From a virus, in IMG/VR virus record IMGVR_UViG_3300017739_000006: DNA of 64,000 nucleotides. One strand, given 5' to 3'. This document shows positions 17,349 through 26,514 of this stretch, one piece after another (positions within the stretch are counted from its first letter, which is position 1; each line of letters opens with the position of its first letter). The notes under the pieces are model-generated. The model did not search any database, was not told the origin of the DNA, and saw only the letters and a list, made by a program, of their open reading frames with translations. A program made the position numbers and the translations under genes.

Positions 17349-17372
17349 AGGGAGCATAGTGCTCCCTTTTTT
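17349..17372 (+). terminator. Intrinsic terminator
   Basis: AGGGAGCA-TAG-TGCTCCCT-TTTTT. Confidence 0.85.
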
Positions 17373-17380
17373 ATTCTCTA

Positions 17381-17629
17381 ATGACAATGCCTAACACTAC
17401 TATTATCTACACTCGTGACGGTTGCCCTTTCTGTGTTAAGATTAAGAAACTATACGAGATGAAAGGATGGAAATTCCAAGAACAAAAACTTGATGTCAAC
17501 TTCACACGTCCACAATTCTGGGAAGAGTTTGGTCGTACTGCTACGTTCCCACAATTAATCGTTGATGGTAAAAGGACTGGTGGGTGTAACGAAACACTCA
17601 CACAGTTTAGATCCCAGGGTCTTCTATAA
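17381..17629 (+). CDS. nrdC: Glutaredoxin (NrdC/NrdH-like)
   Basis: CPFC active site, TFPQ cis-Pro loop, GG motif. Confidence 0.9.
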   Translation: MTMPNTTIIYTRDGCPFCVKIKKLYEMKGWKFQEQKLDVNFTRPQFWEEFGRTATFPQLIVDGKRTGGCNETLTQFRSQGLL

Positions 17630-17632
17630 ATA
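17625..17632 (+). promoter_or_regulatory. T4-type late promoter TATAAATA
   Basis: Exact consensus overlapping the glutaredoxin stop. Confidence 0.7.
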
Positions 17633-17693
17633 ACCTTAGCGTTATAGGAGGTCTCTAACTTGCACCCTTTGTTCACCTTACTTGGAGAGACCG

Positions 17694-17924
17694 ATGGAAA
17701 CAGCATTATATGTCTTCGCAATCATAGGATCATTCCTAATTGGAGGACTGGTAACTTGGACAGCGAAAGACTACATTGATGCATACATTGATAACGCTGC
17801 TTACGCAAAGTCAATTACGCATCCTGAGATGCTGGATGAGGAAGGCAATGTAGATCAGACTGAACTGCTCTACTTGCGATTCACAGAGAACGATGATATA
17901 CTTGATGTTGAAGACGACGACTAA
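17694..17924 (+). CDS. Conserved cyanophage membrane-anchored hypothetical protein
   Basis: N-terminal TM helix; HPEMLDEEGN. Confidence 0.65.
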   Translation: METALYVFAIIGSFLIGGLVTWTAKDYIDAYIDNAAYAKSITHPEMLDEEGNVDQTELLYLRFTENDDILDVEDDD

Positions 17925-17927
17925 GTT

Positions 17928-18797
17928 ATGATCCTGGTCGATATGAATCAGGTAATGATCGCTAACCTTATGGTTAGTTTGTCACTATCTGATGAACTAC
18001 AAGAAGGACTGGTTCGCCATATGATCCTTAACTCGTTGCGTAATTACAGGCACGAGTTTCGGAAAGAGTATGGTGAGTTAGTCCTTTGCTATGACAGTAA
18101 ACACTACTGGAGACGCGAATACTATCCGTACTATAAAGGTACGAGAAAGAAAGACCGAGAGAAGTCCAAGCACAATTGGAACAACATCTTCGATCTACTG
18201 AACAAACTTAAGGATGAGTTTCGAGAGTCACTCCCCTATAAAGTTGTTGAGGTTGATGGAGCAGAAGCAGATGACATCATCGCAATCCTTGTTAAAGACC
18301 AAGGTCTTAAGAACATACGATTGCAAAACAATATGCAACCTGCTCAGAAAGTTTTGATCCTATCTGGTGATAAAGATTTCATTCAACTACAACGCTTTAG
18401 GTTTGTTACTCAGTACAATCCTTGCCTCAAGAAATATGTGAACGGTGTAGACCCTCTCATCTATATCTCTGAGCACATCCTCAAAGGCGATAGGAGCGAC
18501 GGAATCCCCAACATCCTATCAGACGACTCCTGCCTTACAGAAGGACGCAGACAGCGCCCTCTGGCACGTAAGAAGATCGATGTCTGGGTACAGAACTTAG
18601 ACTACATCCCTGAGGAAAACAAAAAGAACTACGAAAGAAACAAAACTCTGATAGACTTTTCTTGTATCCCAAAAGAGGTTGAAGAAAAGATTATAGATAC
18701 CTATGAGAGTTTTAATCCTCCTGCACGTAAGTACGTGTGGAAGTATCTTGTAGACAACGAACTAAATGATTTGCTCCAACAAATAGGAGACTTTTAA
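17928..18797 (+). CDS. rnh: T4-like RNase H (5'-3' exonuclease)
   Basis: ILVDMNQ, YKGTR, EADDII, SGDKDF, GDRSDGIPN. Confidence 0.93.
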   Translation: MILVDMNQVMIANLMVSLSLSDELQEGLVRHMILNSLRNYRHEFRKEYGELVLCYDSKHYWRREYYPYYKGTRKKDREKSKHNWNNIFDLLNKLKDEFRESLPYKVVEVDGAEADDIIAILVKDQGLKNIRLQNNMQPAQKVLILSGDKDFIQLQRFRFVTQYNPCLKKYVNGVDPLIYISEHILKGDRSDGIPNILSDDSCLTEGRRQRPLARKKIDVWVQNLDYIPEENKKNYERNKTLIDFSCIPKEVEEKIIDTYESFNPPARKYVWKYLVDNELNDLLQQIGDF

Positions 18798-18799
18798 CT

Positions 18800-19249
18800 A
18801 TGGCATTTAAACTTATGATTTCTGAAATTCTGCAGAAAGCACACAACGCTAAAACAAAAGCAGAGAAGGTGAAAATCCTTCAAGAAAATAATTCACAGTC
18901 ACTCAGGTCACTGTTCATCTGGAACTTTGACGAGACTGTAGAGTCCATCGTACCAGAAGGTGAAGTACCTTACCGAGAAAACGATGCACCCCAAGGAACA
19001 GAGCATACACTTCTAGAGAAAGAAGGACGTAAGTTTTATTACTTCATCAAGGGTGGTGCAGAAAACATCAACAAGATGACACGTGAGAATATGTTTATTC
19101 AAATGTGTGAAGGGTTGCATAAAGATGAAGCAGAAGTTCTTTGTCTTGTAAAAGATAAGAAGTTGCACAAGAAGTTTCGTATCACAAAGAATGTTGTGAG
19201 TGAAGCGTTTCCAACTATCAATTGGGGTGGTCGGAGTCAGAACGCTTAA
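18800..19249 (+). CDS. Conserved T4-like hypothetical protein
   Basis: ISEILQK...PEGEVPY...RENMFIQMCEGLH; usual position after rnh. Confidence 0.75.
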   Translation: MAFKLMISEILQKAHNAKTKAEKVKILQENNSQSLRSLFIWNFDETVESIVPEGEVPYRENDAPQGTEHTLLEKEGRKFYYFIKGGAENINKMTRENMFIQMCEGLHKDEAEVLCLVKDKKLHKKFRITKNVVSEAFPTINWGGRSQNA

Positions 19250-19503
19250 TGAAAATACTTAAAGAGAGTGTGCCACTAGAAGCAGGTAACGATCGGACGC
19301 TTCCAAACAACTCGTATCTTGTTACTTATCTTGACGAGAACGACAATCCCCTCTATGATATAGCGATGGGTGATACAGGTAGAATCTTTGATCACTACTA
19401 CGATAAGTATAAGAAGAAGTTTCAAAGGTTTGAACAAACCCAAGGACGCATCTCCCCTAAATTATGGAATCCAAACCCTCAACCTCCTGGCAAGAAAAAA
19501 TGA
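19249..19503 (+). CDS. Conserved cyanophage hypothetical protein
   Basis: TAATG coupling; FDHYYDKY...ISPKLW. Confidence 0.65.
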   Translation: MKILKESVPLEAGNDRTLPNNSYLVTYLDENDNPLYDIAMGDTGRIFDHYYDKYKKKFQRFEQTQGRISPKLWNPNPQPPGKKK

Positions 19504-19730
19504 CATACATCAGGGGTCTTAACAAAGAAGACTCTGATGATGCCAAGAAAGAATATGAAGTCACTCCCGAACAAGTCGGGAAGTTCATTGGAGTTTTCCT
19601 CCTTGGACCGCTACTTCTGATGGTGTGTTGGAATGGTTTAATGCCGTACCTCTTTGGATTAAAGGCACTAAATTATCTACACGCATTTTATATGATTGTA
19701 CTAACTAGGTTTATTACTAATGCCGACTGA
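19500..19730 (+). CDS. Membrane hypothetical protein
   Basis: Two hydrophobic segments; ATGA coupling. Confidence 0.6.
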   Translation: MTYIRGLNKEDSDDAKKEYEVTPEQVGKFIGVFLLGPLLLMVCWNGLMPYLFGLKALNYLHAFYMIVLTRFITNAD

Positions 19731-20439
19731 CCCTACGAAGGTATGCTTAGTCTCCGTCACACCTGATGCTGAAAAGACTATTGGATACATCGCTCGTGTG
19801 AGCAACCCTAAAAATCAAGACAACCCTAAAATTTCTGGGTTGTTGAGTTACTGCATCAAGCACGGACACTGGTCTGTATTTGAGCAAGCAAGTATGACTC
19901 TTGAGATTACGACGACCAGAGCAATCGCTGCCCAAATTCTGAGGCACAGGTCGTTTACATTTCAAGAGTTTTCTCAACGCTATGCAGACGCATCACAGAT
20001 TGAAAATGAAATCCCTTTGTTTGCATTACGCAGACAGGATACAAAGAACAGACAAAATTCCATCGATGATATTGATGATTTCACTAGGCAAAAGTATGAG
20101 ATTCTAGTCCGTAAACATTTTGATGAGTCGATGGATCTGTATAAGCAAATGGTTACAGATGGTATTGCAAAAGAGTCAGCAAGATTTGTGCTACCTCTTG
20201 CCACACCAACTCGTTTGTATATGACAGGCAATCTTCGCAACTGGATTCATTACATTGAACTACGTGAGAAGAATGGTACGCAACTAGAACATAAAAAGAT
20301 TGCTGACACCGTGAAGAATCACTTCATCTGTCAGTTCCCTATTATTTCTGCTGCTCTTGACTGGTGTCCTGATGAGGATTGCAACTGTGTTGACGAGAGT
20401 TACTGGAATGATCTACAACCTTGTCTCCGTATTGATTAA
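19720..20439 (+). CDS. thyX: Flavin-dependent thymidylate synthase
   Basis: HWSVFEQ, RHRSFTFQEFSQRY ThyX motif, ARFVLP. Confidence 0.95.
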   Translation: MPTDPTKVCLVSVTPDAEKTIGYIARVSNPKNQDNPKISGLLSYCIKHGHWSVFEQASMTLEITTTRAIAAQILRHRSFTFQEFSQRYADASQIENEIPLFALRRQDTKNRQNSIDDIDDFTRQKYEILVRKHFDESMDLYKQMVTDGIAKESARFVLPLATPTRLYMTGNLRNWIHYIELREKNGTQLEHKKIADTVKNHFICQFPIISAALDWCPDEDCNCVDESYWNDLQPCLRID

Positions 20440-20681
20440 TGAACACACAAGCAATGTCAGCACAAATTGGTGCTATTGATTTATCGGACATAGAAGAACA
20501 GAGAAATCGGATTCCCGATTTAGAAAAAAAGGAAATGAATCTTTTATCTGATGCATTGAAGGTTGAACTTAAACAACTTATCAATGAGGTCTTGGATGAA
20601 AGAGAATACAAACACAAATTAGATGGTCCGTATGATATGATAGAAGAGTTCCCAGACGATGCTTCATACGACTGGGTATGA
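20439..20681 (+). CDS. Hypothetical protein
   Basis: TAATG coupling. Confidence 0.55.
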   Translation: MNTQAMSAQIGAIDLSDIEEQRNRIPDLEKKEMNLLSDALKVELKQLINEVLDEREYKHKLDGPYDMIEEFPDDASYDWV

Positions 20682-20724
20682 CCTATATAAAGTTACCCTC
20701 AACACCCACATTATTCTAAGATAA

Positions 20725-20955
20725 ATGCCAACCTACGAATGGATTAACAAAGAATCAGGTGAGATCACAACCAATTTTATGTCGATCAAAGACCTCGATA
20801 AATACAAAGAAGAACATCCTGAGTTGGAAAGATACTTGGGTAATCAACACAACGGTACTGTCTATGGTAAACCTAGGCAGTCTGAAGGATTCAAAAACGT
20901 GATGCAAAAAATCCAAAAGGATCACCCTGCAGCGAACCTTAGTCGCTTTACCTAA
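20725..20955 (+). CDS. Conserved T4-like hypothetical protein (FmdB-like N-terminus without Cys)
   Basis: MPTYEW...; usual position upstream of phoH. Confidence 0.65.
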   Translation: MPTYEWINKESGEITTNFMSIKDLDKYKEEHPELERYLGNQHNGTVYGKPRQSEGFKNVMQKIQKDHPAANLSRFT

Positions 20956-20958
20956 ATT

Positions 20959-21711
20959 ATGCCACAACGCAAGAGAAAGACACCTGTCTCATCCTTTTCA
21001 CGCTCAGCGAAACAGATGCGAAGAAAGAAACCAATCAATCAAGAACATCTTAAGACGATTGAACCCATCACCACTAATCAGGAGCGGGTATTCAAGTCTT
21101 ATGCTGAAGGTAAAAACCTATGCCTACACGGTGCAGCAGGTACTGGTAAAACATTTATCAGTCTTTATATGGCACTCAAGGAGGTTCTAGAACCTTCCAC
21201 TGCCTATGAAAAGGTTTATATGGTTCGTTCTCTTGTACCTACAAGAGAGATTGGTTTCCTTCCAGGTGACCACGAAGACAAGTCAAACCTATACCAGATT
21301 CCTTATAAGAATATGGTAAAGTATATGTTCGAAATGCCAGATGATGCTGCATTCGAAATGCTTTACGATAATCTTAGAGCACAGGAAACTATTTCATTCT
21401 GGTCAACATCATTCATCCGTGGTGTCACGATGGATAATTGTATTGTTATCGTCGATGAGTTCAGTAACTTGAACTTTCACGAACTTGATAGTATAATTAC
21501 TAGGGTGGGAGAGAACTGTAAGATCATCTTTGCAGGTGACTACACACAGTCTGACCTCATCAAAACAAATGAAAAAAATGGTGTCCTAGATTTTATGAAG
21601 ATCATTCAAACAATGAGTTCGTTTGACTGCGTAGAATTTGGTATCGAAGACATCGTGCGTTCTGGTCTGGTACGTGAGTATCTGATCAGTAAAATCAATC
21701 TAGGATTTTAA
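20959..21711 (+). CDS. phoH: PhoH-like ATPase
   Basis: GAAGTGKT P-loop, IGFLPGD, FIRG, DEFSN, GDYTQSD, IVRSGLV. Confidence 0.95.
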   Translation: MPQRKRKTPVSSFSRSAKQMRRKKPINQEHLKTIEPITTNQERVFKSYAEGKNLCLHGAAGTGKTFISLYMALKEVLEPSTAYEKVYMVRSLVPTREIGFLPGDHEDKSNLYQIPYKNMVKYMFEMPDDAAFEMLYDNLRAQETISFWSTSFIRGVTMDNCIVIVDEFSNLNFHELDSIITRVGENCKIIFAGDYTQSDLIKTNEKNGVLDFMKIIQTMSSFDCVEFGIEDIVRSGLVREYLISKINLGF

Positions 21712-21713
21712 TT

Positions 21714-22385
21714 ATGTTTAACTTAGTGGGACCTCCAGTTCCACTGACTGAGATGAATGCTGTTACCAAGAGTAATGGTCTTCGTCTCTATGAAGTTGGT
21801 GAAAACAAATGGTACCCATCCGTCACTACAGTCACTGGTCATAGGACTAAGGACAAAATTATGAAGTGGAGGAAGAGGGTTGGCGAGAAGGAAGCAAACA
21901 AGATCTCAGGTCGTGCTTCCTCACGTGGCAATAAGTTTCATAGTATGGTAGAATGTTACCTGAAGAATGAAACTGTCAAGTTTGATGAGAAGAATCCACT
22001 AGCATCTTTTATGTTTAAGACTGCTAAGGATACTCTCAATAACATTAACAACATTCATCTTCTTGAAAGTCCTCTTTACAGTGATCACCTTCGCATAGCA
22101 GGTCGAGTAGACTGCATTGCTGAGTATGAAGGTAAGTTATCAGTCATTGATTTCAAAACTTCTACTAAACCCAAGAAGGAATCCTGGATCGAGAACTACT
22201 TTGTTCAAGAAACTGCATACGCTGTGATGTATTACGAGCGGTGTGGTGTCAAGGTTGATAGTATTGTAACTATTATTTCTACTGAAGAAGGATCTATGCA
22301 GATCATTCAGAAGACAGACCTTGATTATTATTACCAACTACTTGTCGAATACATCAACGAATTTATGCAGGATAAACTACAATGA
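21714..22385 (+). CDS. PD-(D/E)xK exonuclease (T4-like cyanophage core gene)
   Basis: YPSVTT, GNKFH, AGRVDC, IDFKTS, QETAY. Confidence 0.85.
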   Translation: MFNLVGPPVPLTEMNAVTKSNGLRLYEVGENKWYPSVTTVTGHRTKDKIMKWRKRVGEKEANKISGRASSRGNKFHSMVECYLKNETVKFDEKNPLASFMFKTAKDTLNNINNIHLLESPLYSDHLRIAGRVDCIAEYEGKLSVIDFKTSTKPKKESWIENYFVQETAYAVMYYERCGVKVDSIVTIISTEEGSMQIIQKTDLDYYYQLLVEYINEFMQDKLQ

Positions 22386-22627
22386 AGGAATACAAAGACA
22401 AATTTATGACACAAGCAAAATTTTCTGCTGCGGTTGAAGATGTTGTCAAAAACAGCAACGGTCTTGTCAACTATATTGATGCAGTCATTGTTGTCTGCGA
22501 TGATCTTGACATTGAGGTGGATACTGTCAACAAACTCATCAGCAAACCGCTGAAGGATAAGATTAAGTTTAATGCCCAAGAGTTAAATTATGTTAAACGA
22601 ACATCAAGGGGAGTCCTACCAATATGA
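22382..22627 (+). CDS. gp33: Late transcription coactivator
   Basis: YIDAV...KLISKPLKDKIKFNAQELNY. Confidence 0.85.
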   Translation: MKEYKDKFMTQAKFSAAVEDVVKNSNGLVNYIDAVIVVCDDLDIEVDTVNKLISKPLKDKIKFNAQELNYVKRTSRGVLPI

Positions 22628-22965
22628 CCAATCCATTTTACGAATCAGAAGTCGTACGTGGTGAAGTAAAAGAGATGGAGAAACTCTATCTCGAACTAGC
22701 AAAACTATCAGTAAAGTTTACTGAACTAGATGATGAAGGCAGGCGAGAGCACCTAGAGGGAACTCTAGAACTGATCGCCAAACAAAAGGTTTTCTATGCT
22801 AGACTTGCTCTGATGGCACATCAGGACAAGGAGGCAGCAGACATCAAGTTCAAAATTGATACGCTTTCAGAGATGTATTCTGGAGGCAAGCACATCAATG
22901 AAGTTCTTGATGATATGGAGACAAAACTCAAGGATATGCGTAGAGAGCACCTTGACAACAACTAA
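22624..22965 (+). CDS. DUF1825-like protein
   Basis: FYESEVVRGE...LIAKQKVFYARLAL; position upstream of gp32. Confidence 0.7.
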   Translation: MTNPFYESEVVRGEVKEMEKLYLELAKLSVKFTELDDEGRREHLEGTLELIAKQKVFYARLALMAHQDKEAADIKFKIDTLSEMYSGGKHINEVLDDMETKLKDMRREHLDNN

Positions 22966-22980
22966 ATAGTACGTTACCCT
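22952..22980 (+). promoter_or_regulatory. Possible dual promoter for gp32: TTGACA-N17-TACCCT plus TAAATA (22963-22968)
   Basis: Overlapping sigma70-like and late motifs. Confidence 0.45.
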
Positions 22981-23023
22981 ATATGGGTAGTACAATCACA
23001 CAAAAACACTAACACTAATACAA

Positions 23024-23941
23024 ATGGCATTCGCAGATCTTAAAAAGAAGTCAGGTAAGTTCGCTAACTTGACTAAGGAAATTGAGAAGATGAGCAGTGG
23101 AGGAAAGAAGGTTGATGAACGCTTCTGGAAACCACAGGTAGATAAAGCAGGTAATGGATTCGCAGTGATCCGTTTCCTTCCAGAATCTGAGGGAGCAGAA
23201 CTTCCTTGGGCACAGGTTTGGAGTCACGCATTCCAAGGACCTGGCGGTTGGTTCATCGAGAATTCTCTTACCACTCTCGGACAGAAGGATCCAGTCTCTG
23301 CACTGAACTCTTCACTCTGGAATTCTGGTATCGAGTCTGATAAAGAAATCGCACGTAAACAAAAGCGTAAACTGTCATACTACAGTAACATCTACGTTGT
23401 AAAGGATCCATTGAATCCTGAGAACGAAGGGAAAGTATTTCTCTATAAGTATGGCAAGCGTATCTTTGACAAGATTATGGCAAAGATGCAACCCAATGAG
23501 AATGATTACGATCCAGAACCCGCATTCAATCCTTTCGATCTTTGGAAGGGTGCTGACTTCAAATTGAAGATCAAGCAGGTTGCAGGTTACTGGAACTATG
23601 ATGACTCAACGTTCACTTCACCACAAACTCTAGGTAGTTTTGATGATGATAAACTTGAAGAGGTTTATGGTCAGGCACACGATCTTGCATCGTTTACTTC
23701 ACCAGATCAATTCAAGTCTTATGAAGAACTTGAGGCACGTTTGAAGTCTGTGCTTGGTCCTAAGACTGCTGCTCTGCAGGTTGATGAGTCTCTTGAAGAC
23801 GAGTCTGAAGGACGTGGACCTGCTCCCACTATCAGTGCTACAGCAGGACCATCTTGGACTGAACAAGTATCCACTTCAACAAGTGGCACAGGTGAGGACG
23901 ATACTCTGTCTTACTTTGCTAAACTAGCAGAAGAAGAGTAA
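23024..23941 (+). CDS. gp32: Single-stranded DNA-binding protein
   Basis: DERFWKP, GNGFAVIRFLP, HAFQGPGGW, NYDDS, acidic tail YFAKLAEEE. Confidence 0.96.
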   Translation: MAFADLKKKSGKFANLTKEIEKMSSGGKKVDERFWKPQVDKAGNGFAVIRFLPESEGAELPWAQVWSHAFQGPGGWFIENSLTTLGQKDPVSALNSSLWNSGIESDKEIARKQKRKLSYYSNIYVVKDPLNPENEGKVFLYKYGKRIFDKIMAKMQPNENDYDPEPAFNPFDLWKGADFKLKIKQVAGYWNYDDSTFTSPQTLGSFDDDKLEEVYGQAHDLASFTSPDQFKSYEELEARLKSVLGPKTAALQVDESLEDESEGRGPAPTISATAGPSWTEQVSTSTSGTGEDDTLSYFAKLAEEE

Positions 23942-23949
23942 AGGAACCT

Positions 23950-24234
23950 ATGAAGAAGTTTGCCATCGCACTACTGCTACTGTCTGTCGCTACACCTGCG
24001 ATGGCACACCACCGTGCACCGAGGTTGAGAAGTGGTAATTTTGAGGTTGAACCCTCACATTGCACTTACGATAAATTGTTTGAGACTTGGAACTGTTGGT
24101 ACACACCAGTCCCCAAGCGAAGACATCATCACTACCACGGTGATCACAATCACGGTGAATACTTCACACCTAATAAGCATAACGAACACGGAACACCGTG
24201 TTATATCTACAAGAAAAACGGTTGGTGTTTCTAA
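23950..24234 (+). CDS. Secreted-type His-rich hypothetical protein
   Basis: Signal peptide ending AMA; HHHYHGDHNH. Confidence 0.55.
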   Translation: MKKFAIALLLLSVATPAMAHHRAPRLRSGNFEVEPSHCTYDKLFETWNCWYTPVPKRRHHHYHGDHNHGEYFTPNKHNEHGTPCYIYKKNGWCF

Positions 24235-24473
24235 CCTAGAGCATAATCTAAAGCAAGTTTGGCGGTCGTCTTAAGTTTAGGACGCCGCCATTCTGCGTAT
24301 GGAATAGTCACAAGAAATCCTAGGAGATCTCCGTCTGGAACATCAGGAACTCCTACTGGTTGCACAAAAAATATACCTGCGTGTGCTACAGTTTTCCAAC
24401 CTATATCTACAAACCCTAATTCACGAAGAGCACACTCTAATTTAAGAGATTGTGCTCCTTCAATACAAAGCAT
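24231..24473 (-). CDS. Hypothetical protein
   Basis: TAATG coupling to gp53 on the minus strand. Confidence 0.55.
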   Translation of the reverse strand: MLCIEGAQSLKLECALRELGFVDIGWKTVAHAGIFFVQPVGVPDVPDGDLLGFLVTIPYAEWRRPKLKTTAKLALDYALG

Positions 24474-25420
24474 TAATATCCTCCTGAGGATCCAGATGAT
24501 CCAGAGGATGAAGAAGAACTAGATGAGGAAGAACTAGAACTGGAACTGGATGATGACGAACTGCTGCTTGCTGTCTCTGTATTGTATGATGTAGTGCTAT
24601 TACTTGTTGTACCTGTACTGCTAGTCCCAGTAGTTACTTCTGTTGCTACTGCTGCTGCAACACCTGCAGTACCTGACCCACCACCAGATGCAATGAGAGC
24701 AGTAGATGATCCACCACCACGTGCAGAACCAGTTGACGCTGTGCTCTGACTTGGTTTTCTATAGTTAGTAATACCAATGAACTCCTCTGCCAGTGTGGTA
24801 GGGGTTTTCTTATTGCCATCAGAATCTACTTCATCATTAGGTAGATACTTGCTGAGTCTTCTGAACTCATTCACAAAGTCATCAACGTATGCACCACGTA
24901 GCAAATAGATCTGACGTTTGAATTCATTCTCTTCATCCATCGTTTCATAGTTACTGACAGGTCTACGAGAATCATTCTTAGGAGTCAGGGTACCATCTGG
25001 TTTGATGTACTGAAAATTCTCATTGACTTGAAGACCTTCAGGTAGAATCACTTCACCATTCTGACCTTTAACCTCTTTAGTTTCATAGTGATGTACACTA
25101 TCTACAGTACCGAATCTGTCTACACATATCTTATAAAGGTCCTCTCTTGTCACTGGCCATTCAGTGTTTACATTGATGATGTTGTTCACAAGTAAAACAA
25201 TCCAGTCTAATCCACTATCACCATATGCATTCTTTGCAATTTGATCAGGACGTTCGTTATCTTTGATAGCATACTTAGTGAACCCTAAAAGTTCTCCTTT
25301 GTATAGATCTCGGATCTTAATACGACGGAAGATATTAACAGTCAGTTCATATGGATGGGTACCATTAAGGAACGTTCTGTTTCTTACATATACGTTAGGT
25401 AAATATTTAAAATATGCCAT
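24473..25420 (-). CDS. gp53: Baseplate wedge subunit with Ser/Thr/Gly-rich C-terminal extension
   Basis: MAYFKYLP start, ERPDQIA...YG...DWIVLLVNNI, HHYET, ENEFKRQI. Confidence 0.9.
   Translation of the reverse strand: MAYFKYLPNVYVRNRTFLNGTHPYELTVNIFRRIKIRDLYKGELLGFTKYAIKDNERPDQIAKNAYGDSGLDWIVLLVNNIINVNTEWPVTREDLYKICVDRFGTVDSVHHYETKEVKGQNGEVILPEGLQVNENFQYIKPDGTLTPKNDSRRPVSNYETMDEENEFKRQIYLLRGAYVDDFVNEFRRLSKYLPNDEVDSDGNKKTPTTLAEEFIGITNYRKPSQSTASTGSARGGGSSTALIASGGGSGTAGVAAAVATEVTTGTSSTGTTSNSTTSYNTETASSSSSSSSSSSSSSSSSSSSSSGSSGSSGGY
24490..24720 (-). repeat. Low-complexity Ser/Gly/Thr-coding tract in the gp53 tail
   Basis: (GAA/GAT/ACT/GCT)-rich triplets on the + strand encoding a poly-Ser run. 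Confidence 0.8.
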
Positions 25421-26514
25421 TAGGAACCTCCTCTTGCAAACATATCTGAAGTAAGGAATTGAGTTTCCTTGAAGGTGAGAGTCATTGTATATGCAACTGG
25501 ACCATAGTCCCAAGTGTTATCAGTAATGTCTCTCAAAGTATTCATAAAGTTATCAGGTGATGTATTCAACTGTAGATTCTCAAGTACAACCTTGGAAGGG
25601 AATGAGTGAATACTCTTGAGCATACCACCATTGCCTGTAATCCTAAGATCATCACCACTCTCAGTCTCTTGTGCTTTGACACGAACAATACCGAGTCTGA
25701 AATAGTTTGGAATGTTTAGGAACCTAGCGTTGTTCAGAGTTCCTACATCAGTACCATTCCCTGTTGAAAGAGCATTTGTTGCTTTTTCTGCATTATCTCT
25801 AGTTTCTTGATCAGTGCTGGTGAGACCTAACTTAAACATCTTCTTGATCGCATCAGCATTACTACCAGACATCGTAGGATGCATAGCAAAACGAAGGAGT
25901 TTGAATATACCTAGTGCTTCTTGTGCTTCCTTAGCATTACGTGGTGCAATCTTAAAGTTAAATGTGTGGTTTCTATATGCCACACCTTTGAATGTAACTT
26001 CTTGGTATGGGTTGAATATTTTCTTAGTTGCAATGGCAGACAAAGCATTGCCATCAATATCTCCACCTGCACCTAGAGTAGAGTTAACTGTACCAATAGC
26101 AGATGATATTGAGTTCATTAAAAACTCTGGTTTTAAAGATCCTGCTGTTTCTTGTAGAGTATTAACAGCATTTCCTTGAGTCGGATTTGATGCTGCTTGC
26201 ATAGCACCAAGACCTGCTGCACCTAAAGTGGTTTCATTATACATCGCTGTATAATTTTCTTGTAAACCATTAGGTAAATATAAAAATACATTACCAACTA
26301 ATCCTGCATCAGATGCATTTCTAAAAGGTTCTGCTACGGGTTTACCGTTGTTACCTACATAAGTATAAGGATTACCACCCTGTTGAGGATCGTACACTTG
26401 AATTTTAAGATAATCTACGAGTTTAGTCGCAAAAGTATCTTCACGAGAGATCTCACGTCGCGACCCGAGTATATCGGTCGGCAATGTTCTTGGGTAAACT
26501 AGTGGGGTAGTCAT
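25420..26514 (-). CDS. gp48: Baseplate tail tube cap
   Basis: LYLPNGLQENY, FNPYQEVTFKGVAYRNHTFNFKIAPRN; adjacent to gp53. Confidence 0.85.
   Translation of the reverse strand: MTTPLVYPRTLPTDILGSRREISREDTFATKLVDYLKIQVYDPQQGGNPYTYVGNNGKPVAEPFRNASDAGLVGNVFLYLPNGLQENYTAMYNETTLGAAGLGAMQAASNPTQGNAVNTLQETAGSLKPEFLMNSISSAIGTVNSTLGAGGDIDGNALSAIATKKIFNPYQEVTFKGVAYRNHTFNFKIAPRNAKEAQEALGIFKLLRFAMHPTMSGSNADAIKKMFKLGLTSTDQETRDNAEKATNALSTGNGTDVGTLNNARFLNIPNYFRLGIVRVKAQETESGDDLRITGNGGMLKSIHSFPSKVVLENLQLNTSPDNFMNTLRDITDNTWDYGPVAYTMTLTFKETQFLTSDMFARGGS

Noticed and set aside
21714-22385. Cas4-like nuclease suggesting CRISPR
   Set aside because: No Fe-S Cys cluster, no other cas genes and no repeat-spacer array anywhere in the window; it is the standard exonuclease next to phoH.
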